The position numbers and the translations under genes were made by a program. A stretch of DNA of 64,000 nt from a virus (taxonomy: Duplodnaviria; Caudoviricetes): the IMG/VR virus record IMGVR_UViG_3300025314_000006; one strand, given 5' to 3'. The notes under the pieces were generated by a model. The model was not told where the DNA came from. It saw only the letters and a list, made by a program, of their open reading frames with translations, and made no database searches. This document shows, piece after piece, positions 20,101 through 30,400 of this stretch; within the stretch, counting starts at the first letter, position 1; each line of letters starts with the position of its first letter.

Positions 20101-21739
20101 CATCTAATCCTGATGTATTATAATCCCCAGGTTGATTAGAATCAAATGAGCGAGTTATAAAAGCTGCTATTCCAGAACGCACTAAAAGAGTTTCTAAAAA
20201 TTGTTGTCCACTAGCATCTTTATATGGATTTGGACTTATAATTTCAAGATTATTAATTCTTGATATTATTTTATTTTCACTATTATTTAATGCATCTTGA
20301 TTTTGGCTTGATTGATTTTCTGCAATACCTTCACTAATTGCCGTTAAAAACCTTCTCACAAAACTCATTTCACATCCTTCTGTTTCTATTCCAGCTTCAG
20401 TGGCTGGAACTTGCTCTCCTTTACTATCAATAGTTAATGGAAAAAACTTACCAATCAACTTATCGCCATTAGGTAATTTATTTAAAATTCTTACTTTTTC
20501 ATTTAGATTATAGCCATTATATCCAGCATCAAGTATTGAACCTAAAATGTACCCTCCGTCAGCAGCTAATCTTGAAAATACTTCTGAAATAGTGACTGCC
20601 CCCAATTGAGTTTCTGACGTTTGAAATAATCTCCTTTTTTTCTCAACTTCAATAAGATTAAGATTATCATCTATTTTTTTTAAACCAGCTTTTACATCAT
20701 TTTGAAAAGAAGTTGCAGAAGCATCAGCAAATTTTCCAGTTAAAGTTCCATTAGAATCGCTTCCTAAAATAGTCATATTTTTGGCAACACTATCCGGATT
20801 TCCTATTAATGCTATAATTTTTCTATGTTCAATATTTGATTGAGTAGGATTTCCCTTTAAAGATTTAAGAACCTCTTGAAATTTTGAACTGTTACCGGAG
20901 TCTTTTTCAAGACTTGGTGGAAGTTTAATTGTTATTATGGAAAATGCTGGCAAATCATTTTGTCCAGATACATTTTTTACTCTCGCTATTGTTGGTCTTC
21001 CTGCTACTTTTCCATTAATAACATCTCTTGGTTCAAAATCTTTATTAATTAAACCATCTATAGAGTTTATTTTTAATATAGAAAGTTGTTTTTGTAATTT
21101 ATCATATTCTTTTGTTACTTGTTTTGTTTTTGTTTCTATAGTTTTACCTATTTTAATTATATCAAATATAGATTCAATTTTATTTTGTTTAGGAAGAATA
21201 TTAGTGTTAGAATTAGCTTCGCCATTAACATCTCTTTTTAATCTTTTTTTTGCAAGAAGATATAAAAATGGAATATCCGCTAGGAATCCAAATTGGTTAG
21301 GCACAAACGACGCCTTTATTTCATAACTTCCATCAGAAGAATTATATCTTGTATGAGTTTTTTTTAGATTCATTATCCAAACAACCGGCTTACCAAGATA
21401 ACCTTTAAATGTGAACCTAAATTTTGGTGGTGGCCAATCAAATAAAAGAGAATAGTCTAATTCACTTCCATTTCCATCAACATTATCTAATTTTTCAAAA
21501 ACAGTATTTCCATATAAATCCTTAAAGGTGATATCAATTATTGGTTGTAGAGACGTTTTTGTTTCTACTTGAATATCTATTATCCCAAAACCTTTATTTT
21601 CTCTCATCATTCCAACAGAAAAAGTTTTACTTCCCATTAAATCAACCACGCTATTTTTTAACAAAGGAATTGCCTCAAGCCTTATATCTAAATAAAGTTT
21701 GTCCATTTCTAAAAAAGTTGGAAGAGGTTGAAAGCTCAT
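17129..21739 (-). CDS. Large baseplate hub / tail-associated protein with C-terminal M15 (VanY-like) peptidase
   Basis: 1536 aa; gp27-like segment 'MKVDVIGNAQISPMQYF...GLYQIMNVTHSI'; M15 motifs 'SGFR', 'AAPGQSNHGNGIALD', 'EEWHFDY'. Confidence 0.75.
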   Translation of the reverse strand: MSFQPLPTFLEMDKLYLDIRLEAIPLLKNSVVDLMGSKTFSVGMMRENKGFGIIDIQVETKTSLQPIIDITFKDLYGNTVFEKLDNVDGNGSELDYSLLFDWPPPKFRFTFKGYLGKPVVWIMNLKKTHTRYNSSDGSYEIKASFVPNQFGFLADIPFLYLLAKKRLKRDVNGEANSNTNILPKQNKIESIFDIIKIGKTIETKTKQVTKEYDKLQKQLSILKINSIDGLINKDFEPRDVINGKVAGRPTIARVKNVSGQNDLPAFSIITIKLPPSLEKDSGNSSKFQEVLKSLKGNPTQSNIEHRKIIALIGNPDSVAKNMTILGSDSNGTLTGKFADASATSFQNDVKAGLKKIDDNLNLIEVEKKRRLFQTSETQLGAVTISEVFSRLAADGGYILGSILDAGYNGYNLNEKVRILNKLPNGDKLIGKFFPLTIDSKGEQVPATEAGIETEGCEMSFVRRFLTAISEGIAENQSSQNQDALNNSENKIISRINNLEIISPNPYKDASGQQFLETLLVRSGIAAFITRSFDSNQPGDYNTSGLDDDSPDQIEKLADKELKNITDVILSSLTTEDYGYVKKFCRFINNLLTSDGEGLYMYGINSNTETEIVKVSKTPIQTIKTHAVIAKGTGESKEFLGTVDSMFKNFLGTGNTKSIFYPGSDATYTREISDSINYDDFTAKYLYNNNTLWMIPDIDAYKTLTSIDSFLNPLSDTPLNKIKYSFVIFDKSSDQGAIDGVQNSDTDSEFSDKKHKETEEPLGVVKISNGNSDEEQNKDEFQRVKTINSHIPFCTVFDYSKLQNLKSIPLLDGYPDVSMLNDGKGVYYYKIIDQDNIGNGVTYLAYSQITDDNSPRLTWGLFLPKQNATDVRGKNQRIFLRKICVDIENRMSKLEDEKNNILSQVLGRAQSNENSLYIQMHHIFHQWGVLGYSMDNVSINTNKSSDGSNKPKNQPIEPKTIADTLEKEYGTIIEEIEGGKITKSRSVEDLPGEKSSLGTLTSSTGFKYDFPMEKINPPAILTNVAHSIINIDSLYKPNANTTLLNIIQQLCTKNNFMFIPIPGNIDYSNISEIFKPSNNVEPKIGNVFHVLFTPTPENRTKENDGTSLSLTSVAQNSKMDAFEINFGSPDNPVVKNIDVSTDESRPTAESILNLQRLVDKDNSNKVVTTDCSILSVMEGRSYKMKVDVIGNAQISPMQYFHVAKHPIFSGLYQIMNVTHSIKPNDMSTTFEGIKMRFDGTSMKGIGPITLESLKALCSEESSIIQPNVGTTSPTSFEGAVLQGLLNPFQDVPNNSDLDLIPGTYLNNNKKPITLIQVDGRPVEMVTAKAYLTMQSAASKEGISFRIISGFRPQFGGNLNVVSSKGVLVKAESQHTLRVSNLKTPNYPDQNNITNPQGINVNVDSDTLKPQKFIQISPNKTQGYFLANVAAPGQSNHGNGIALDLNTGTRNIDKNHTSPLKDATYIWLIQNSWKFGFVRTVKGEEWHFDYRPDLAKLGPYGGFADMSNPATFPGSIQSRNSSLFYTDLGLSNLITPST

Positions 21740-21740
21740 G

Positions 21741-22046
21741 TTATTTATTTTTTAGAATTACTACTTTTTGTTCATATTCTGTTTCTGCATCCCTAAGCGG
21801 AAATGCAACTCTAATTACTGTATTGTTGGGAATGTCAAATTCTAATGCATATTCCGGATTAGCTAATGAAATAAGCCAAGAGTATGTGTCGTCATTGTAT
21901 ATATCAGCAGCAATGGTATCAAATCTCATCTTATCTGAATTATATATAACAAACTTATCAGTATCTCTTTTAGATATGGTAATTGCTGGTACGGTCATCA
22001 TTTCTCTGTTGACAGTGATTAAATGTTTATATCTGCTGGTTGCCAT
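21741..22046 (-). CDS. LysM / tail X / gp53-like baseplate wedge protein
   Basis: 'RFDTIAADIYND...WLISLANP' pattern, located in the baseplate cluster. Confidence 0.7.
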   Translation of the reverse strand: MATSRYKHLITVNREMMTVPAITISKRDTDKFVIYNSDKMRFDTIAADIYNDDTYSWLISLANPEYALEFDIPNNTVIRVAFPLRDAETEYEQKVVILKNK

Positions 22047-22096
22047 TGTTTTAAAATTAACTTATTATTAATTAAAATAAATAATAGAAAACTATT

Positions 22097-25000
22097 TTAT
22101 TTTATTCTTGCTTGATAGAATCCTCCAATATCGTCAGCGAGAGGAGCATTACTTCCACTTGTAGACTCACCCCAATTTCCGACTATGTTGAAACTCAGGG
22201 TCGCAACACACCACATAGGCTGAACTCGGCCACCAGAGCCATCTATAGACCAAGGTGAGTCATCATATGAAAACGAAATATTATTTATAATAACATCATA
22301 GTTGAACCAATCACCTAATTTTAAATGACTTACAGGTGGATATGTAAAAGAAAATCCTTTGCCAGAAGTATTTCTTGATGGTCTAGTAAGTTTGGATAAA
22401 AATTCCATTCTTGTTAAGAAATCTACTTTATCACCGGAAAAGAAAGCTGGCTGAAACATAAGATCTTTTTTCATTTCTTTTAATCTTTCTTTGGTTTCCT
22501 TAGTTTTTAAAGAAATGTCCCCAGAAGAATTAGTTTCTTCTCCACCTTTAATTAATTCTCTATAAATTTTTCCACCTTCATCTCCATATTTACGATTTCC
22601 CACATTTGAAGAATTATCTTTTTGTTTAGCTTCTAAATTTGAAATTTCGGAATTCAATTCACTTATTTGAGATTTTAAAGTAGAAGTGTTTCCAACATCA
22701 TCAGATGCTATAGCTAATAATTGAGCGTTATATTCAGATATTTGTTTCTTCTTATTTTTTATTTCTACTTCAATATTATCATTTGCTGTATTTATTCCAT
22801 TTTCCGATTCAAAATGTTTACTAAAAGTTTCTGAATATGTTGTTGAATCTTCCCAATTAACACCAACATCAACAGTTTGAGAATAATCAGTTAAAACAAA
22901 AAAGGATATGGAGCCTTCTCTATTTGAATTAGAATAAGTATAAATTGGCTCCGGTCTTCCAAGAAAATCTACCTTATTCCAATTTGCACTATCGCTATTT
23001 GAAAAAGACTTAACATATGGAGGAAAACTCATTGTATGATTAAGAGTAGAATCCCCATTTTGAATAGCGTAATTTTTTATTCTCAATTCAAGGGTCCCAG
23101 CATCTTTACTTGGTTTATAGGGATTGGCTATTGTATATCTGGCATAAGCTTTTTTAGCATTTGGGTCAGCACTAATTAAAAATTTTTTAGTTCTTTGATT
23201 ATAATTTTTAGATAAATCTATTCCTTCTGTTCCGGGAGCATTCTTTATTGTATTTATAATATGAGTAACGCCTCTTTCATGTTTATTAAAATCAACAGCA
23301 ATTGCATCTCCTGGAACTGTGTTTGACATCATAGAAATAGCCGTTCCTATTTCTCCATTTGTTGGTTTTAACAATTGTGTAACAGGAGATATTCCATCAG
23401 AATATTCCCCCGGAGATTGTAATCCTACATATGTTCCACCCTTAGCGCTAACTACTCCTGCTGGAGTTGAATTAGTAGATAATACTTTTTCGTTTTTAAG
23501 CGTACTGTTAGATAATGATAACAGCTCTTTAAACCCTCCAGCGTTATGTCCATTTAATATACTGTATCCATCTAATAAATCATCATATCTATTCCTGAAA
23601 ACATTTTTCTGTAAATTATAAAGTTGAGCAGCATTGGTTATTTTCGCTAAAGGAATTCCAGAATCTGGTTTTGTTTCAAGCCCATAAATTGGTTTTAAAT
23701 TTTTGGTTGCGTCAAGTATTGTTCCTTTAAATTTCATAAGCTCTCTTATTGGAGCGCTCATAATTTCTAAATTAGATACACCTACAAATGTGCTTGTTCC
23801 TCCCATCATTAAAGAAGTACCAAGACCATTAGAATTTCCATTTTTTGTTAATAAATTATGTCTAGTAGCATTTGCAATAGTTATTATAGTATTTGGTCTA
23901 TCAACATTTTTAGATAATAGAGAATTTCTTGTACCTACAGAATCAGATTCTAAGCTTAAATATTGAGGAACATTTGCTGATAATAAATCATTTCTTATAC
24001 TTAATGAATTCTGATCTAAATCAATATTATTTACGACATTACTCGCCAATAATGCATTTCTTGAAATTAGTGCATCTCCATCTAAATCAATAACTACAGG
24101 AACGTTTGCAGCAAGAAGAGCTCCTCTCGGAACCGCAGATAAAACATCTAAATCTGTATTTGACGGAACATTACTAGATAATAATGTGTCTCTTAGAATT
24201 ATTGAATTAGCGTCCAAATCAATATTGTTTGGTACATTGCTTGCCAATAATGAATCTCTTGGAATTACTGAATTTGCGTCTAAGTCAATATTATTTGGAA
24301 CATTACTTGCTAATAGCGTGTTTCTTGGAGCAGTTGAGTTCGCATCTAAATCGATATTCACTGGAACGTTGTTTGCCAATAATGTATTTCTCGGAACAGT
24401 TGAGTTTGCATCTAAATCTATATTCGCTGGAACGTTACTTGATAACAAATTTTCTCTTGCAGTTGTTGAGTTAGAATCTAAGTTAGTATTCGCTGGCACA
24501 TTACTTGCTAATAATGAATCTCTTGGAACAGTTGAGCTTGCATCTAAATCTATATTCGCTGGAACGTTACTTGATAACAAATTTTCTCTCGTAGTCGTTG
24601 AGTTCGAATCTAAATTAACATTCGCTGTCACATTTGCTGAAAGTAATCCATCTCTTGTAATTGTTGAGTTCGCGTCTAAATTAACTTTTGACGGCACATT
24701 TGATGATAGTAAACTTTCTCTTGTTACTGTCGACTTTGAATCTAAATTAATATTCGGTGCCACATTTGATGACAATAAACTATCTCTTGTAGCTGTTGAA
24801 TTTGCGTCTAAATTAGCACTTATAGGAACATTTGACGACAACAAACTATCCCTTGAGATTGTTGAGTTTGCGTCTAAATCAATTTTTGATTGTACATTTG
24901 ATAACAACAAGCTATCCCTTATGGCGGTTGAATTTGCATCTAAGTCAATTTTTTTAGATACATTACTCGATAATAAATTATCTCTTGTAGAAACTGCAGA

Positions 25001-25747
25001 TAAATCAAGATTTATGTTTTTCTCTATATTTTTAAATTCCTGAGCTTCTCTGAACTGGGATGAATCTTTGTCGATATCAATTTTACCTTCAATATTTTTA
25101 GATAAGGAAGCATTTCTTAATTTTAAAGACTCATTATCAATATTGATGTTGGACTTAATATTTGAGCCCAACATTTCTTCTCTTGTTGATATTGCTTTTG
25201 ATTCTAAGTCTAAATTAGCCGGCACATTGCTCGATAATAAATTCTCTCTTACGCTAACAGATTTATCATCAAGATTTATCTTTTTCTCTACGTTATGAGA
25301 AATATTTGAATTTCTTGCATCTTTTGATTGAATATCTAAATTTGTTTCATGAGGAATGTTTTTTGATAATAGATTTTCTCTCACTGAGTCAGATAACTCT
25401 TCTAATCCAACAGAAGATTTAAGTAAACTATTTTTTGAAATTTGTGATTGTCTATAATTTTCTCCAGATATGTCTAAATCGATTTGTTTTTCTACATGTT
25501 TAGAAATCATTGTATTTCTGATGTTTGTAGAATTTTCATCAAGATTCGCTGTAAAAGTTGACTCGTTTTTTGCGAGCATTGTTTTTCTCGTTTCTGTATA
25601 CAAAACATCATAAAGATTCTCCGGCCTCTTTACGTTTTTTGACAAAAGGGTTTTTCTAACTTCAGCAGAATATTGTCCAAAGAAGTGTTCTAACTTCTCA
25701 CGAGCTTGTTGTTCTTCAAATGTTTCGTCATAATATTCTGTTGACAT
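22097..25747 (-). CDS. Baseplate / tail-tube-initiator-like protein with a long 22-aa repeat region
   Basis: C-terminal 'FPPYVKSFSNSDSANWNKVDFLGRPEPIYTY...ISF' and 'PPVSHLKLGDWF...IINNISFSY', recalling gp48/gp54-like proteins. Confidence 0.65.
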   Translation of the reverse strand: MSTEYYDETFEEQQAREKLEHFFGQYSAEVRKTLLSKNVKRPENLYDVLYTETRKTMLAKNESTFTANLDENSTNIRNTMISKHVEKQIDLDISGENYRQSQISKNSLLKSSVGLEELSDSVRENLLSKNIPHETNLDIQSKDARNSNISHNVEKKINLDDKSVSVRENLLSSNVPANLDLESKAISTREEMLGSNIKSNINIDNESLKLRNASLSKNIEGKIDIDKDSSQFREAQEFKNIEKNINLDLSAVSTRDNLLSSNVSKKIDLDANSTAIRDSLLLSNVQSKIDLDANSTISRDSLLSSNVPISANLDANSTATRDSLLSSNVAPNINLDSKSTVTRESLLSSNVPSKVNLDANSTITRDGLLSANVTANVNLDSNSTTTRENLLSSNVPANIDLDASSTVPRDSLLASNVPANTNLDSNSTTARENLLSSNVPANIDLDANSTVPRNTLLANNVPVNIDLDANSTAPRNTLLASNVPNNIDLDANSVIPRDSLLASNVPNNIDLDANSIILRDTLLSSNVPSNTDLDVLSAVPRGALLAANVPVVIDLDGDALISRNALLASNVVNNIDLDQNSLSIRNDLLSANVPQYLSLESDSVGTRNSLLSKNVDRPNTIITIANATRHNLLTKNGNSNGLGTSLMMGGTSTFVGVSNLEIMSAPIRELMKFKGTILDATKNLKPIYGLETKPDSGIPLAKITNAAQLYNLQKNVFRNRYDDLLDGYSILNGHNAGGFKELLSLSNSTLKNEKVLSTNSTPAGVVSAKGGTYVGLQSPGEYSDGISPVTQLLKPTNGEIGTAISMMSNTVPGDAIAVDFNKHERGVTHIINTIKNAPGTEGIDLSKNYNQRTKKFLISADPNAKKAYARYTIANPYKPSKDAGTLELRIKNYAIQNGDSTLNHTMSFPPYVKSFSNSDSANWNKVDFLGRPEPIYTYSNSNREGSISFFVLTDYSQTVDVGVNWEDSTTYSETFSKHFESENGINTANDNIEVEIKNKKKQISEYNAQLLAIASDDVGNTSTLKSQISELNSEISNLEAKQKDNSSNVGNRKYGDEGGKIYRELIKGGEETNSSGDISLKTKETKERLKEMKKDLMFQPAFFSGDKVDFLTRMEFLSKLTRPSRNTSGKGFSFTYPPVSHLKLGDWFNYDVIINNISFSYDDSPWSIDGSGGRVQPMWCVATLSFNIVGNWGESTSGSNAPLADDIGGFYQARIK
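23840..25660 (-). repeat. About 27 tandem 22-aa (66-bp) coding repeats
   Basis: Consensus R(D/E/N)xLLSSNVPxNIDLDANSxxx; most regular in the centre; boundaries approximate. Confidence 0.9.
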
Positions 25748-25968
25748 AATAAAAATCTTTTATTTAAATTAAATAGGAATGGATAATTTTTTGAGATTGA
25801 GATTGTTTTAGGAAATTATGAATTGGGAATTTGATTTTTTGATGGTGATAAACAGTTTTTTGGGGATTTTACGGCTCGGTAATGGGTGGATTTTACATTT
25901 TTATTTTGCTGAGCTTGACATGTTAGGATTTTTCTTATATATTTACATGAAACATAAATGATTTATAA

Positions 25969-26172
25969 ATGGAAACTATAAAAAAACAAAAAAGAGTTTT
26001 TAACTTTAATTTACCAGATGATCTAAGAGAGTATCTTAAATATAAAGCTAGTTTAAAAAGAACAACAATATCACAACACATTATTGATTTAATTGTTTCT
26101 GATATGGAAATTGAGAAACAAAAAATAACTAAAAATATTAATTGGGGAATAAACAATGAAAGTAAAAACTAA
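25969..26172 (+). CDS. Ribbon-helix-helix (CopG/Arc-like) DNA-binding protein
   Basis: 'FNFNLPDDLREYLKYKASLKRTTISQHIIDLI' fits the strand-helix-helix pattern; overlaps the HNH start. Confidence 0.6.
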   Translation: METIKKQKRVFNFNLPDDLREYLKYKASLKRTTISQHIIDLIVSDMEIEKQKITKNINWGINNESKN

Positions 26173-27457
26173 ATTCACACTAAATGAAGTATTAGACACT
26201 TTAAAAGAAAAGAAACTCAATAGAGACGAGTATTCGTTATTGTATAGTAGCTATGAAACACAGATTGGCAAAGATGGTTATCTGCAATTCAAATTAACAG
26301 AAAAAGATAATTGGAAAAATGTTCATACGCTCGTTAATCAATATTTTAATTCGGAAGAGCACGATAAAAAACATATAGAGCTAATAGAAACTAAAATCGA
26401 AAAATGTTTAGTGACTCATCATGTTAATTTTTTTGAGAAAGAAAACAAGATAAATAATCATCCGGATAACTTATTGTGGTTAGGACTGGATGAACATAGG
26501 ATTTTACATGAGAAAATAATGTGTGAGGTAGTTGACAAAATGTGGAATCCCGAAAATACTGAATACTGTAATTTTGAAGTGCAGAGAGAAAAAATAAAAT
26601 TAGCAGCATCTGAAAATGGTAGAAAGCATTTTGAAATATTGTGGCACGGAGAAAATAATGAAGAGTTTAGAGCAAAAATATTACCTATTCTAATCGAAAA
26701 TGGTAAAAAAATAATGAATGAAAATTGGCATGGAGAAAATAGTGAAGTGTTTAGAGAAAAAATGAAATTAATCAAGAGTGAAAACAATTATGAATTATGG
26801 CACGGAGAAAATAGTGAAGTGTTTAGAACTAAAATATTACCTACTCAAATTGAGAATGGGAAAAAAATAATGAATGAAAGATGGCATGGAGAAAATAATG
26901 AAGAGTACAGAAAAAAAATGAAATTAATCCGTAGTGAAAATAATTATGAATTATGGCACGGAGAAAATAATAAAGAGTTTAGAACAAAAATGAAACCATT
27001 TCAAATCGAATCTGGCAAAAAAGTAATGAAGGAATTATGGCATGGAGAAAACAACGAAGAATTCAGAGAAAAAATGTTAACTGTTGCTATAAATAATATT
27101 TCTGAACATAATGATACTTTTTGGAATGGTGAAGATAATAAATTAAGAAGAAAAGAGCAGAGCGAAAGAATAAAGGGAATATCAGAAAATTTTTGGTACG
27201 GAGAAAATAATGAAGAAAATCGTAAAAATCATGCAGAGAGATTGTCGAAAAGAAATGCTGACCCAGAACATAAACGAAAAGTAATAGAAGGTAAGATATT
27301 TAAAATTTTCAAAAAAATATTAGAAGCAGGAGAAGAAATCTCAAATGAAACTTTCATTAAATACAAATTTAATGGAGCTCCATACCCAATAACTGTTTTT
27401 GGTTCTATAGAAATTGCTATAGAAAAACTAAAAGATTATCATGAAAAGGTTAAATAA
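26156..27457 (+). CDS. HNH homing endonuclease with WHGEN repeats
   Basis: 'VTHHVNF...NNHPDNLLWLGLDEHRILH' HNH motif; 8 W(H/N/Y)GE(N/D) motifs. Confidence 0.75.
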   Translation: MKVKTKFTLNEVLDTLKEKKLNRDEYSLLYSSYETQIGKDGYLQFKLTEKDNWKNVHTLVNQYFNSEEHDKKHIELIETKIEKCLVTHHVNFFEKENKINNHPDNLLWLGLDEHRILHEKIMCEVVDKMWNPENTEYCNFEVQREKIKLAASENGRKHFEILWHGENNEEFRAKILPILIENGKKIMNENWHGENSEVFREKMKLIKSENNYELWHGENSEVFRTKILPTQIENGKKIMNERWHGENNEEYRKKMKLIRSENNYELWHGENNKEFRTKMKPFQIESGKKVMKELWHGENNEEFREKMLTVAINNISEHNDTFWNGEDNKLRRKEQSERIKGISENFWYGENNEENRKNHAERLSKRNADPEHKRKVIEGKIFKIFKKILEAGEEISNETFIKYKFNGAPYPITVFGSIEIAIEKLKDYHEKVK

Positions 27458-27459
27458 CA

Positions 27460-30400
27460 CTAACTCACAAGCTTAGTATCTTCAATCACGAGATTTTGAA
27501 TTTCGCGCCCGTTGAGGCGTAAGTTTATTGTTATTGGTGCAATTTTTACAGTTTGTTCTGTTTGTCCTTTTTCAGAACTTCCACCAAAAACTGCATTTGC
27601 TAAACCAGAAATAGCTGAAGCGGTTGAAAGACGTTCAGCAGCTGAGGCCATATTATTTAATTTTTCAACATCAAGTCCCTTAACTGCTTCTTTTAATTTT
27701 CCAATTCCTTCTGCCATAGAATTTGTTGCAATAGCTGATATTTGCATTGCTGGAGCTAAAATAACCATAACAGCAGCAAGACTTCCAAGCGCAAATGACA
27801 TCATCAATAATCCAGGAATAGCAAATAAACCAATTCCAGCAAGACCTAATAATCCAGGAAGAATAGAAACCAATGCGCTTCCCATTCCTGAAAATCCATT
27901 CCAATCTACAGTTGACATAGCGTTAAATCCAGATGCAGCAACTAATAAAGAAGCCCCAAATAACATTAATGATAAACCGGCAATTGCAAGAGCTCCTGCT
28001 CCAAAAAGAAAAGCAAGACCAGCAGGAGTCATCATAATTGCACCAATTCCAGCAAGAGCTAACACTGCAAGTGCTGCCATTCCAATAGAAATAAGCATTT
28101 GCGACCAAGGTATTCCTGCCATCATTTGCATTGCAAATGCGAATGGTATTAAAGCAACGGACATAACAAGCATAGCAAAACTTCCTTTTAGAATATCTCC
28201 GGAACTTATTTTCCCCATTATTTTACTCATAATCCACATAGCCCCAGCTAATTCAACTAAAGAGAATCCAAATGCCACTAATAATACTGGATTTATAGAA
28301 GAAAACACAGCAGCTAAAATACCAAGTGAACCACCAATTAACAAAACTGATATTGCTAATGTACCAGCACCTTGTATTATTTTTTTAGAATTAGCTCCAC
28401 CAAATGCTTTTAATCCTGATGCTATACTCTCTAAAAAACCTCCAGGTTTTTTACCTTCCGGAACTTCTCCAGCACCTTTAACTTTTGGCATGCCGTAACT
28501 TCTTGGTTTAAATACTTTTTCAGCACCACCTCCAAATAATTTTCCTGTAATACCTTTAATGCTACCTAATAATTTTGTAAAAGCACTACCTCCAAACGCC
28601 AAATATAAAGCAGCGGTTAGAGCGATTATTGCACCTACAATTTGTCCTCCACCACCAAATATTTCATCCCATCCTTTTTGAAGTAAGGAAAATCCAGAAG
28701 TTATTACGTTTAAAACCCAACCTATACCTTTTAAAACTGGCTCAAACACAGTCATTGTTGCTAAAAGAGAAGTCACAAAACTATCAAAACTTTGTTTCAT
28801 AGATTGATTTGCAATATTTCTCGCTTCTAAATCAGTAGCATCATTTACTGCTTTTTCTCTAGCTATTTTAATCATTTCTGGAGTTAATTTTGATAAATCT
28901 GTAACTCCACCAACATCTAATTTTATTTCACCTTTATCTCCTATACTTGATAAGTTCGTTATAAACTCTTGGTCTTCAGGAGATAACCCCTGAAGTGTTG
29001 AACCTAATAAATCTATTTTTTTATTTTTTAAAGCAGCTTGTGATATATAATTATACATTTCATCAGTTGATAAATGTAATGCTTCTGCAGCCATTGCTAA
29101 TCTTTTTTTATCTACTGGGTTGATTTGAAATTTTCCATCTTTATTAATTTCTCCAATATCTGCCCCTAATTTACTAATCATATCTATCATAGCATCGCCG
29201 CCCTCTTGGGAGGCGCTCATGAGTGAAAAAGGATCAACGTTTGCAAACGATCCTCCCACGAGCTGAAGTTGTGCGGCTGAATCGATCGAATTTTCTAAAT
29301 TCATCTGGAAAGCCTCTGTTACCTTTAGAATAGAGTCCATTGATACTCCCATTTTTTCTGCTTTTACAGCCATTTTAGCTAATGATGCCTCTCCTTCTTT
29401 AAATCCCATTTTTTGCCATCTTGGTAATTCTTTTGCAATTTCAGAAGTCACCTTCGATACGTTTACTCCATAAATTTTAGAAGTTTTTGCTATGTTAGTA
29501 AACATATTTTTAATATCTTCTGTGGAAGAACCCAAAAACTTCATTTGTCCAACTATTCCATTAACTTCTTCTCCTGTAGCTCCAAGAGCTCCTGGAATTG
29601 CTTGAAATTGTTTTGCGAGTTCAGCTACTGCTGGAATATTATTTGTTTTAAGAGTATTAGCTAATTGTTCAACGTTTTTAAAAGATTCTTCAGTACTAAC
29701 TCCAAATTGTGCACCATTAGATACTAAGGATGACATAGACTCAGAAGTCGCTCTAATTTGGTCACCGGTTACACTAAATTTTCTTTGAATGTCTGATAAT
29801 TTATCATCAAACATCATTAAAGTATCAACTATTTTTTGTGGACTTATATTTTGTGCGAAATTTTTTCCAATTTTTGTTAAAGCATTTGATAAAGAGAAAA
29901 CTTTTTTATTGGCTTCTTCTAATTCTGCTGTTGCTTTTTTTAAATCTTTATTAATTTCTATAAGTCCTTCTGGTCCATTTTTTTTAAAAAAATCAGAAAG
30001 ACCGTCTTTATCTTTTAATTTATTCGTTATTTTTTTAAAAGCACTTAACCCATCTTCTCCCCACTTATCTATAAAAGCACTAAAATCTTTTGTTTTTAAA
30101 GCCTCCGCTAAGGCTTTTCCCATGTCTGGCGTTTTTTTTGAAAAATCTTTTACTAATTTTTCTAAGTTCCCAGTATTTCCGTAAATTGCTTTTTTAAAGT
30201 CTTTATTTAAAACTTCTGCAGATTCATTAAAAGCTTCCTTTAATATATCAACCTCTTTTGTCATCTTTGAAATATCTTCAGCAGAAGAATTCATTTTAAC
30301 AAAAAAATCACTTTTATTTATTCCTATTATAGCATTAGATATTGAATTAAAATTTTCGTCTGATTTTTCAATGTCAGCAGAAAAGTCATAACCTGATTTT

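Noticed and set aside
24186-25043. 285-aa plus-strand ORF with repeats
   Set aside because: Antisense shadow of the 22-aa repeat gene
25780-25930. G/T-skewed intergenic stretch with two GGATTTTAC copies
   Set aside because: No convincing ORF, hairpin or RNA family recognised; too little support to call
27512-28498. 328-aa plus-strand ORF
   Set aside because: Antisense shadow of the Ala/Gly-rich tape measure gene
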